Of a DNA stretch of 64,000 nucleotides, positions 1 to 13,548 are shown one piece after another; the stretch's first letter is position 1, and each line of letters opens with the position of its first letter. The notes below the pieces were generated by a model that was given only the letters and a program-made list of their open reading frames with translations, had not been told where the DNA came from and did no database searches. The stretch comes from Eimeria praecox (Eukaryota): NCBI GenBank assembly GCA_963920595.1, contig OY986948.1:3286001-3350000 (forward strand), read 5' to 3'. The position numbers and the translations under genes were made by a program.

Positions 1-179
1 TATTACTGTAGAAGAATAATAAATAGCTTTCTGGTGTACAGACAGCTGTTCGTAATTATCTACAAATACAGCGAGAGAGAGAAAGAAACGTTAAATAGAT
101 TAAATAGATACATAGCGAGGCTGTTGTTTAATAAAAATAATAAAAAATGAAAAAGATATAATAATTAATAGATAAACAG

Positions 180-231
<52 letters not shown>

Positions 232-778
232 TATTATATATATGTTGAAGTGTTGCGGTGATAGACACAAACTATTTGTTATTTAAGTAGATATCTGTTT
301 ATATTAATTTATATTTATAAATTATATATTTGTAAATATATTTTTTAAATTAATAAAAATATAAATAAATATATATTAATGTTCATATTAATAATTAAGT
401 ATGTTTTTCTATTAAACTATCTATCTATAGAGAAGGATGTTAGGTGTTGGTGTTGATGGTCTGACGATCGTTAAGTAGAGTGATTCGGCTATTAAAATAA
501 ATAAAAATATGAAAATAATATAAATAATAAAAATAAATTAAATAATTAAATAATTTAATATATAAAAAACAAGAAAATCTTGAATAAATAGCAGCAGTTT
601 TATCTTTCTGTGTAGTGATGGTGTTGATGGTGTGACGGTGTTGTTGTAATACAACATCCTCCCCTCAACATTCTTATTTTTCTTTTATTTTTTTGTCTTT
701 CTTTGATATTTTCATATTAAATTAAAATATTTAAAAAATTCTATATCGAATATATATATTTATGTCTTTATTTATTGC

Positions 779-813
<35 letters not shown>

Positions 814-994
814 TATCTTGTATAGACAGACAGACCACTGGTCTTGCTGTAGTATATCTTGACTGTGTTGTTTTCAAACAATAATCGTAGCATTTAAAGA
901 TATAAAAAATTAAATATATTAATTATTTAATATATTAATTTGTTTGTTCTCACCTTCTGAAGACAAACAAAACCAATATCATCGCAGCATACAC

Positions 995-1216
995 AGCAGC
1001 AGCAACAGCAGCAGCAACAGCAGCAGCAACAGCAGCAGCAACAGCTGCAGCAGAAACGACAGCAGCAACAGGACTCATAGTAGCAGCAGCAGCATTACCA
1101 ACAGCAGTAGCAGCAACAGCAGCAGCAACAGTGGTAGTACTAGCAGCAGCAGCAACAACAACAGCAGCACCAGCAACAACAACAGCAGCAGCAGCACCAA
1201 CAGCAACAGCACCAAC

Positions 1217-1250
<34 letters not shown>

Positions 1251-1353
1251 CCAACGGCAGCAACAACAACAACAGCAGTAACAGCAGCAGCAACAGCAGC
1301 AGCAGCAACAGCAGCAGCAGCAACGACAGCAGCAGCAGCACCAACAGCAGCGG

Positions 1354-1388
<35 letters not shown>

Positions 1389-1397
1389 ACAGCAGCA
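995..1397 (+). repeat. CAG/CAA trinucleotide microsatellite upstream of the GNAT start codon
   Basis: Near-continuous (CAG/CAA/AGC)n. The frame stays open (poly-S/N) back to TTG 944 but has no in-frame ATG before 1403. Confidence 0.95.
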
Positions 1398-1402
1398 TCA
1401 AG

Positions 1403-3727
<2,325 letters not shown>

Positions 3728-4193
3728 ATATAAATTAAATTTTTTTCTTGTTTATATAAACTAACATAATTATAATTATTTTTAGTTTTATTTATATATT
3801 TTTATTTTATTCGCATTTATTGTAGTTAGACTTGTTCTTGTATATTTCTATATTCATCGCTTATACTTATTTATATTTATTTTATTTGTATTTATTTATA
3901 TTTATATTTATTTTATTTATATTTATATTTATTTATATTTATTTATATTATTTTATATTATTTTATATTCATATTAATTTATATTTACTTATCGTCAGCT
4001 TCTACATCTATCTACATCGACATCGACATGCCCGTTCGCCTCATGTATAAATAAATATATATAAACATAAATATAAATATGTATTTAGATATTTATATTT
4101 ATATTTATATTCAGATATATATGCATACATGTATGCATGCATATGCATATATCTATATATCTATATATCTATATATCTATCTATCTATATCTA

Positions 4194-4228
<35 letters not shown>

Positions 4229-4233
4229 ATCTA

Positions 4234-4274
<41 letters not shown>

Positions 4275-4414
4275 GCCTTCCTCTTCCTATCTACATATCT
4301 ATATCTGTTTATATCTCTATATCTATATATCTGTATCTATATAGCTACATCTATATATCTATCTATATCTATATCTATATATCTAATCTATATCTATATC
4401 TATATCTATCTATC

Positions 4415-4447
<33 letters not shown>

Positions 4448-4451
<4 letters not shown>

Positions 4452-4555
4452 GATAGATAGATAGATAGATAGATATAGATATATATGCATGCACTAAGCG
4501 TGACAGATAGATAGATAGATAGATAGATATAGATATATATGCATGCACTAAGCGT
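4448..4555 (+). repeat. Exact 54-bp tandem duplication containing TGCATGCA
   Basis: gacagatagatagatagatagatagatatagatatatatgcatgcactaagcgt at 4448-4501 and 4502-4555. Confidence 0.9.
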
Positions 4556-4984
4556 TCACAAATATAAACATACATATATATAACATATATATAATCCAAA
4601 TAATAAATAATTATATATAATATGTACAATATATATATTATATATAATATATTTTATTAATTATATTATATACAGAAACACTCTCTTCAGTTTTTGTTTT
4701 TCTTGCCTAAGACTTTCGTCATTTGCCCTTCTAACTTTTTTTTAATTTTTTGTTTATTCCTTGAATTTGTTTGTTTCATAATTAAATAAAATAAATAAAT
4801 ATAAATAAATAAATAAATATAAATAAATAAAATATAAATAAATAAATAAATAAATATAAATAAATAAATATGAATAAATAAATAGAGTTAACGTATTCGA
4901 GAGAGGAATAGACAAGACAGACAAACAGGAAGGCAAATGCAGATAAGAGAAGATGTCGATAAACAAAACAAAATATAAAATAAT

Positions 4985-5092
4985 AAAAAATAAACAAATA
5001 ATAAAATATAAACAAATAATAAAATATAAACAAATAATAAAATATAAACAAATAATAAAATATAAACAAATAATAAAATATAAACAAATAAC
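4985..5092 (+). repeat. 18-bp minisatellite AAAATATAAACAAATAAT, about 6 copies
   Basis: Perfect units start at 5003, 5021, 5039 and 5057; near-perfect at 5075; degenerate at ~4985. Confidence 0.9.
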
Positions 5093-5487
5093 AAAGGAGA
5101 AGCAAGTAGTAATCGAAGACAAACAAACATCAAGAACAAAGCAACAAAAGATAATGAGAAGATAAATAGAAACAAATATACATTTATACATTATATATAT
5201 ATATATATATTTATTTATACATTATATATATATATATATATATGCATTTATTATGTATATTTGTTTATAAACAAATATACATAATATTATTAATAATGAC
5301 AATACAAATGCTTGAGTCCTATAAGCTGAGCTGTCTATACACCTGAAAAGAGTAAGAATGCTGTTTTAATGAAGTTATGATTTGTTTGCCGAGGATATAA
5401 TAAATAAATTAAAACAAAAGAATAAAAAGAATTAATACTAAATAACAATTCTTGTTTATTGCATATATTTTCTGTTATAGAAAAGCA

Positions 5488-5575
<88 letters not shown>

Positions 5576-5622
5576 TACTACATTTACATGACAAAATATA
5601 TCATATAAATGCCTAAATTACA

Positions 5623-5701
<79 letters not shown>

Positions 5702-5702
<1 letters not shown>

Positions 5703-5979
5703 TATGTTCTCCAGACCACTTCAACTTCATCAGTTCTAAATCTTTGTCTATAGAAAGCGTTTGAGGGTTTAATGACGGCCCCATGTTTGAACATTAACAA
5801 ACCAACATACGCTATCATAGCTCCGTTATCTATACAATATCTCTCATCCATAGCCCCTATCGTACACCCTCGTCTCTCAGCCATTTGTCTCAACATACAC
5901 TGCAGACGCTCGTTACACCCTACGCCTCCTACCACCTAAACAAAAACAATACAAGCAACAGCAGCAGCAGCAGCAGCAG

Positions 5980-6011
<32 letters not shown>

Positions 6012-6096
6012 GATGGTGTTGAAGGTGTAGATGTAGGAGAGGAGGAAGAGGAAACGCAGCAGCAACAACAGCAGCACTTGGAGTGGGAGAAGCAAA

Positions 6097-6127
<31 letters not shown>

Positions 6128-6631
6128 ACAGCAGCAGCAGTAAATAGAGCAAGAGCACCTAAACTCCAACAGCAGCAACAACAGCAACAGCAACATGAAC
6201 AGCAGCAGCAGCAGCAGCAGGAACAGCAGCAGGAGAATATATATTTGTGTGTGATGATTGTGATGATGATGATGTTTAGGTTGTACAGGAAGCTGAGGTG
6301 TACATACACCTGAAAGTCTCCTCCCTCACCAGAACAGAATTACTTCTAGATAACGCCATCGCTCTTTCTGTAATTTCTACGAGCATAGCAAATATATACT
6401 CTTGAACAGAATAACAAATAAACTCTGGGGTTAATAAATTAATTATATTTGAAGGAAGAGATATAGTAGAATCATTATTTTTATTTTTTATATTTTTATT
6501 ATTTTTAGATATATTACTACAAATATTTGAACTCTTCTTTGTACGTAAACGTTTTCTTATTTGCTCGTTTATCTTCTCCTCTTCATCCTCAACAACAACA
6601 CGAGCATTCTCGCCATCATCAACGCCGTTGC

Positions 6632-6663
<32 letters not shown>

Positions 6664-6664
6664 T

Positions 6665-6750
<86 letters not shown>

Positions 6751-7548
6751 TTGCGTTTGTTGTTGCTATTCATGATATGTATTGCCTCCTCTGCCTTGGT
6801 AAGAATACCGCTGAAGGCTACATCCATCCCCTTAACATTATAACTAAGGGGGAGTACAGGAGGCGATTGTATATAATAATTATTATAATTAAACATATTT
6901 ATATATTTTTCTGCGAGTTTTTCAACTTGTAAACCTGGAGCAGGAGCATTTGAAAGCCTAAGCAATCTAGCGATTCTATCAATACAATTACCTACAGCCA
7001 TATCTAACGTTTCTCCTAATATTTTATATCTACCTCTACAATATCCTATGACTTGTGTGTTCCCACCTGAAACATATAACACTGTGGGGTCTATACACCC
7101 CGTAACTAGCCTCCCCATTTCTATATGTGCTATACAATGATTAACAGCTATTAATGGTTTTCTCCATAGAAGGGATAATGTTCTTGCTGCTAGTGCCCCT
7201 ACAGCAAGAGGGGCCCCCATACCTGGTCCTGCCGTATAAGCTATACATGCTAGCATATGTGGTTTTATGTTTGCTTGTTTTAACGCTACACGAATTAAAT
7301 TAGTTATTTTAGAGTGATGATGTGATGCTGTCTCACGAGGAAGAAAGCCTGTTCCTGGAGGTGTTATATATGTTTCCCTAGGATTTGAGAGAATATACCC
7401 TGTGCTGTCTACTATACCTACTCCTACTTTATTTGCACTGCTTTCTATACCCAACACTATCAAACGATCCTCTGATACAGATGATGCTGTTACTCCTCCT
7501 ATTCCTGCTGTTGCTGCTCCTGTTGCTGCTGCTGTTGCTGCTGTTGTT

Positions 7549-7579
<31 letters not shown>

Positions 7580-7748
7580 ATGATGATGGTGTTGATGCTG
7601 ATTCGGAGCCCCCAGGTGCTGCTGTTGTTGTTGTTGTTGTTGTTGATGATGCTGATGATGGTGGGGATGATGCGGGGGCTGAGCTTGTACCTGCTGCTGC
7701 TGCTGTTGTTCCTGTTCCTGTTGCTTCTGCTTCTGCTTCTGCTGTTGC

Positions 7749-7791
<43 letters not shown>

Positions 7792-7850
7792 CTGGGTTCT
7801 TGAGCCTGTAGCTCAGAAAATTTGGGGGTGAGGGAAGTGGAGAGATTCAT
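5702..7850 (-). CDS. KAE1: tRNA N6-adenosine threonylcarbamoyltransferase (KEOPS subunit Kae1/OSGEP), 2 exons (7850-6330, 5935-5702)
   Basis: [23 protein letters not shown], metal-binding [35 protein letters not shown] phase-0 GTGAGG..TTTAG intron joins NSVL to [33 protein letters not shown]. Confidence 0.96.
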
Positions 7851-7911
7851 TGTCGTGTTGTTTGCACTTAGTTTGTCTCTCTGTTTCTCCTTCCTACTTC
7901 AAGAAACCCCT

Positions 7912-7932
7912 GGGGGGGGGGGGGGGGGGGGG
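7912..7932 (+). repeat. G21 homopolymer about 60 bp upstream of the KAE1 start
   Basis: 21 consecutive G followed by TAGGGG. Confidence 0.9.
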
Positions 7933-8424
7933 TAGGGGCCCGCAGTTTAGCCTGGCCGCCAGCTTAGACTCGTGTTAAGGAGAGAAGTAGCACGTACACT
8001 ACAATATACACCGAGATAAAGAAGATAATGCTTAGGAAATGTTGAAGTTACCGAAGAACTACGATAACAACATCGTATTTCGAGTGATGCCTGAGGAGTA
8101 GGAGGGTCCTTGACGCGTTGAATATTGAATTTGGGGGTATTTATCAAAACACGAAATATAACAGAAAAGAATCTGATGCAATAAACAAAAAGAAAATCAT
8201 AAGAAGACGATATAGTAGAAAACAATCTAATGATACTACCCTTCCCTGAGATAGATCCCCTGTGGCCCTCCTCTAACGTCAAACTGAAAGCGTGAGGATG
8301 CTGCTGCTGCAGCAGACACAACAGCAGTAATAAACGAAGTCTAAATAATTAATAATATTCACTGATACGCTAATTATAAAACAACAGGAAGTAAGGATTA
8401 ATCCAATTATTCTTGATCGCCCCC

Positions 8425-8492
8425 TCCCACATATAGTACAACTGGTAAGGCTACTCGGCTTAGCGACCCGGGTTCGATTCCCGGTGTGGGAA
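8425..8492 (+). pseudogene. tRNA-Glu-derived look-alike lacking the anticodon loop
   Basis: Perfect acceptor stem TCCCACA/TGTGGGA and intact T arm (CCGGGTTCGATTCCCGG). It reads CTCGGCTT-AGCGA where true copies read CTCGGCTTTCACCCGAGCGA (7-nt deletion). Followed by TTTTT. Confidence 0.8.
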
Positions 8493-8668
8493 TGTTTTTG
8501 TATTATAGAGTAGCAAACTAATAAAAAAGGATTTCTGTACTTACGAAGGCGGGCAAAATCGTTATTGTGTGTTTGATGCTCTATACTGTTAAACATTCCC
8601 ACACCGGGAATCGAACAGAGCAGCAAACGCATGATAACGATTTTATCTTCCTTCGTAAATACAAAATC
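8472..8668. repeat. Nested inverted repeats: 8472-8497/8591-8616 (26-bp perfect) and 8530-8582/8617-8668 (about 80% by hand alignment)
   Basis: gttcgattcccggtgtgggaatgttt vs aaacattcccacaccgggaatcgaac. The reverse complement of 8530-8582 aligns to 8617-8668 with 9 mismatches and 1 gap. Confidence 0.9.
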
Positions 8669-8755
8669 GGAGAATCCTGAGTACGATTATACGCGGTCTT
8701 CTAGGTGCTGAAGCCGACACTCGCAAAGCCAGCGCCAATTTCAACACCCCCACCA

Positions 8756-8828
8756 TCCCATATAGTCTAGGTGGTTAGGATACTCGGCTTTCACCCGAGC
8801 GACCCGGGTTCGAGTCCCGGTGTGGGAA
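8756..8828 (+). tRNA. tRNA-Glu(TTC) copy 1
   Basis: Cloverleaf: TCCCATA/TGTGGGA acceptor, anticodon arm CTCGG-CTTTCAC-CCGAG, T arm GGTTCGAGTCC, T4 terminator downstream. Confidence 0.97.
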
Positions 8829-9101
8829 CGTTTTATTTGGCACAGTGGAAGTTGCGAAGGTCAATGCAGCAGGTAAAAATTCATGGTTCACAGCTTGCAG
8901 CTTTACACCGCATTTCTGCAAGTAGCAAGAATGCGCACACTTGATAGAAAGCAATCGGTGTAAAGCGACGAGAAGACATCGAGTTGCCAACCCTCCCCAT
9001 CAATATGAACTTTCGGGGGAGATCAGCGTGTTAAGCGTAGTTAGCATTTGTGTAGTCTGCGCATTCTTGCGACTAGCCCAGATGAGAACCAGCCCTGACC
9101 A

Positions 9102-9174
9102 TCCCATATAGTCTAGGTGGTTAGGATACTCGGCTTTCACCCGAGCGACCCGGGTTCGAGTCCCGGTGTGGGAA
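9102..9174 (+). tRNA. tRNA-Glu(TTC) copy 2
   Basis: Identical 73-nt sequence to copy 1; followed by CGTTTT. Confidence 0.97.
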
Positions 9175-9318
9175 CGTTTTATGCGGCCCGATGGAAGTTG
9201 GGATGATCAATGTAGCACGTAGAAATTCAAGTTTCATGGTGTCTCCCTTTGCATCGATTGATTCCTATCAAGTGTGCGCATGCTTGCCACTTGCACAGAT
9301 GCGAGGCGCCAACACCCA

Positions 9319-9391
9319 TCCCATATAGTCTAGGTGGTTAGGATACTCGGCTTTCACCCGAGCGACCCGGGTTCGAGTCCCGGTGTGGGAA
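9319..9391 (+). tRNA. tRNA-Glu(TTC) copy 3
   Basis: Identical 73-nt sequence to copy 1; followed by CGTTTT. Confidence 0.97.
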
Positions 9392-10288
9392 CGTTTTGCC
9401 TCTTTCCCCCACGTTGCTGTGTATTTGAATACTTTTGCCCTCTTGTGCTGCACGGTTGGCTATGATCGGAGCCGCTGCTTTGGTTTCTGCTGTGATACTT
9501 CCGCCGATAGAATTGTGGTGCGTCTTTGCCTAACCCAACGCCTGAAGCTAAGGGATGCCGTGGATGCTGCATCATAAACGGCATTTAAGCACCCTCCTCA
9601 CAACATAGTTGCTGCAAATGTGAGGCAACCAGCTGCCAATGAAACTGCGGAGAATTGGTCGTCTGAGCTATAGAAGGCCTCTTGTCAGTGGGCACTGTTG
9701 ATGAGGGGTGTATACCGCCTAATATAATATGAATGAGAAAATCTAGGCTGAGCATAAAAAAGCGAACATGACGAAGTTTCCTACTATCGGTTGAACTTGG
9801 GCTGGTTTCACGGCTAAATAAGTTATCTCCATTATGCCTTATACTCTTCAGTTGCCTTCCTTCATCAGCAAGCTGCACAAAAGCCCCACTACCAAATTTA
9901 TTCGTATGACAGCAGCCTCTCCTTGAACAAAGTCAACTGATATCATCTGCTGCACAATTCAGCAAAAGCCGTCTACTTGTCTTCTGAAATGAATGAATGA
10001 ACCCCAGTGGTTTCCAATCAGGCGATGCTTACAGCATATGCACACAGGATATGGGGGAAAGCTTGAATAATAGTGAAGCTGAGATCTCATGCGTTTTATC
10101 TGCCTCAGACTAGGTCATTAGAAAACGGCGAAATTATTATTTGTGCTATCGCTGGATGCTCCGCTTCGTGCAGATCATTCCGCGACTGCGCATGGCTGCA
10201 CATACACCCCAACGTGGTTGCAGAATACTACTCATGTTTACCGCAATCGTCGCGTTCAGGAATAAGACAGCTTCCTTGGACATCAGCG

Positions 10289-12212
10289 ATGAAGCATCTT
10301 ATACTAATATCCCTGCTCTTCGGAACCAGTGTTCATGCTCTGGAATTTTCCATCGTTTCAGAGTCGTCCAGACTTGGCCCTCTAGGTTCGGTTGAGCATT
10401 CGCTTTGGCTGAGCAGTCCGATACTCCCGTTTCATGTTTAGGTCGCCATGGAATGGCCGCAGCGGCTGTAGGAGACGTACCTTATCTATTTGGAGGCTGC
10501 ACGGTTGAGGGTCAGTGGCAGCCTCAGCTGTTTCGCGGCTTCCTATACCTTATTGGGACTCTTGTTTGTGTAGACATTTGCACTGGGGTATTAGTGGGCT
10601 GTTTTTGTTTCTTTGTTGCCTATTAAGTTGGTATCCCCTTCTCTGTGTTCAGATGTCTGTTCGGACGAGCTGTACGCGTTTCACACGTCAACAAGCTCCT
10701 GGGAGTTTCTGTATGTCAGAGGAGATGCGCCTTCTGCGAGGGGAGGAGCTTCGCTGAATGCCGTTCGGGGTTCTCTGGTTCTCTTTGGGGGTGAATCGAG
10801 CGACGGGACATACAACGAGATTTACAAGTTTGGTAGGAGAGGCTCTGAGAGAGCTGCTATCATTCATGGCTTTTCAGTTGTTTTGTTTCCTAGACACGAC
10901 TTGGCGCAAATGGTATATTGGCGTGGGGCCTGAGAACTTCCGGCCTGGTGAGAAGCTCCTATGATATCGATTTGTTTGATTTTGTTGTATTTCAAGGATT
11001 ACAGAGCCCCGCAGCGGTCATGCAGCTGCTTCTGATGGAGAGAAGATATATATTTTTGGTGGATATAATGAGGCAAGTTGAGGGGTTGTTTGATGTGTTA
11101 TTTGGGGGTAATATTTCCATACTTTCTTCTGCTCAGGCTGGTCGTTTTCTGAACGATTTGTGGGTTATTGACTTGGACTCGGTGAGGCATTTTCTATTTA
11201 TCAACAACTTCTTTTCTTGCCAGTTTTCTTCCCCGCAGGACTTGGAGAATTTAAGTCCTGAACAGTTTCCTGTTCGTTTTCACGCGATTGTTCAGAGTAA
11301 GAAGTATGATGAAGAGGGACGGTGTTTGCTGCTTGCTGCAGATATCTCAGCCTGATCCGGTGTATGTACGCAGGCTCTGGAGAGACACCACCGCCCAGAG
11401 AAGGCGCAACGTTGACGTATCTCAACGGGCATTTGTTCCTCTTTGGTGGCTACGGCGCAGGAGGTGAGATAGACATCCTCCCTAGCAGCATTTTCCTTTT
11501 GCAGCTGTCTCCTCTTATTGTCTTTGCGAGATTCCAGGCCTTCATTCCAGCGATTTGTGAGGGGCGATTGCTGGGGATGTACTGCAGGATAGATGAATAA
11601 ACAATGTGCAGATGGGTGTACAGCCTGGCAGAGGACAAGTGGCTTCGGGCTCCGATCAGAGGCCGCCAGCCGCCACCCAGGGAGGGTAAAATCCTTTAAA
11701 CACCTCAAACAGTTTTACTTCCTTGCAAGTTTTGCTTGCTGCAGGTCACAGTGCCCTCAGAAATGGAAGCGACGTGAGCTGGCTGCGGCGGTCCTGACCA
11801 GTGGTCCTCTCCATCTAATCTTGATACTTCAGATAGTTGTAGCGGGGGGATGCGATTCACGCCGAGCCGTCCAGAGATGCTACAAGTGAGCAAGAGAAGG
11901 AGCTTCCCTGCATGCAATGCCACAAGAAAAGCCATATTCCTTGCTGGGTTTTTCTGCTGCAGCGATGTGTGGCAGCTCGACGCACAAAAGTATGCCTGGA
12001 CGCTCTTATCCGGCGGCGACCCCAAATTCGCCCCTCGACAGTATCACGGGGCAGTCATTTTAAGAGGTAGAAGGAATAGGTTTTACTGCTATGTAGTCGG
12101 CTGCTGCTGCACTTCATTTCCCATGAGGACTTAGGCGGAAAAGTGTTGCTGTTCTGTGGTAGGAAGCTGAATGCCCTGGACTACACGAGTGTCGTCTCGT
12201 TCAAAGTTGCAG

Positions 12213-12247
<35 letters not shown>

Positions 12248-13030
12248 ATAACAGCAGCAACAAAGCCTGAGGTCCCCTTTGTATGTTGGCTTTCTTCTTT
12301 GCTGTTCACAGCCCTGCGGTGGCGGCGGGATATGTTCGGGCAGAGGCGCCTGTGCTACTGCTTCTTGTGTTTGCCGTCCTGGCTGGGGTTCTCATGACTG
12401 CGGGGAGGTCAGTGATGGTTTAAAAGTATTTCCTTTATTGGTTTAATCTTTATTTTCAGGTTTTCGAATGCCCTGGGAAATGCAACTTCTCCGGTGTCTG
12501 CATCAACGGATCTTGCAAATGTTTCCCTCGCTTTCACGGCAATTCCTGCTATCGTGTCAGTTGATTTTGTATATTTTAGATGGCTCTTCCTCACCGATGC
12601 CACTGACGGGGTGTCCCTGCAGGTGCTCTGTCCTGGGTCAGGACTCAACGGCATGTGCAATGGCCATGGCGACTGTCAGCCCTCTGGAGAGTGCGTCTGC
12701 AAGTAAGTGCAGGTCTTGTGGTGACTCCTCGAGCTTCTGCTGCTCACCTTATCAATTGCTTCTAGGCCAGGCTACAAGGGTAGGCTGGGGGCTAATCGTC
12801 TCAAGCAATCTGCAGCATCGGCATCCTTATACACAGGCTTGAGCTGCGACATCGATGTGTGGGGAGCCGAAGAAAGAGCCCGAAGGGCTCGAGGCATCAG
12901 ACGACAATCCCCAGAACATCCAACACCTGACCTCTCAGCATTGATGGATTTTGACCTGCGGGAACAAAGTGAGGAAAGGTCTTCGAAAGAGAAGGCGTTC
13001 TCTCCGTGCATATACTCTCTCTCTCTCTCT

Positions 13031-13120
<90 letters not shown>

Positions 13121-13493
13121 CTATCTCGAGTCAACTGATCGTCTTCACGAGTTTGCTGCTTCAGTGCAAGCCATTTGGAGGGATATTGTTCGAGAAGCTG
13201 GCGGGGTGAGCTAGAAAGCTTCTGAGGAAATCGTCTTTCCTCCAAGCTGTATTTAACTGCAGAGTTTGCCACCATTGACTCAAGCAGGAGAGCTGCGAGG
13301 CACCGCCACAGTTGGCCGTAAGGCTGTTCATTCCTTAGAACCTAGGCCTTAGGGTTTGGGCTTTAGAATTGAAGGCATACGAATTCAAATTTTCATTCTT
13401 AAGTTGCAGGTGGCGGTCTTCAGTGGAGCATCCACTGGCCAGAGGCCAAACTACCTTGTAAGGACGAAACAGTTTGTATCTATATATATGTGC

Positions 13494-13548
<55 letters not shown>

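Noticed and set aside
4953..5165. ORF with (KYKQII)n repeats; possible CRISPR-like array
   Set aside because: It is the 18-bp head-to-tail minisatellite with no spacers; eukaryotic context and no cas genes.
8591..8616. Minus-strand tRNA 3' fragment as half of a split or permuted tRNA
   Set aside because: Only the T loop and acceptor 3' side are present; no matching 5' half or splice motif. It copies the look-alike including its flank, so inverted duplication explains it better.
5702..9391. Functional link between Kae1 (t6A) and the adjacent tRNA cluster
   Set aside because: t6A is added to ANN-decoding tRNAs; tRNA-Glu(TTC) is not a substrate, so adjacency is probably incidental.
8279..9584. 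Minus-strand ORFs with HRDSNPGR / HTGTRTRV peptides
   Set aside because: Antisense translations of the tRNA sequences.
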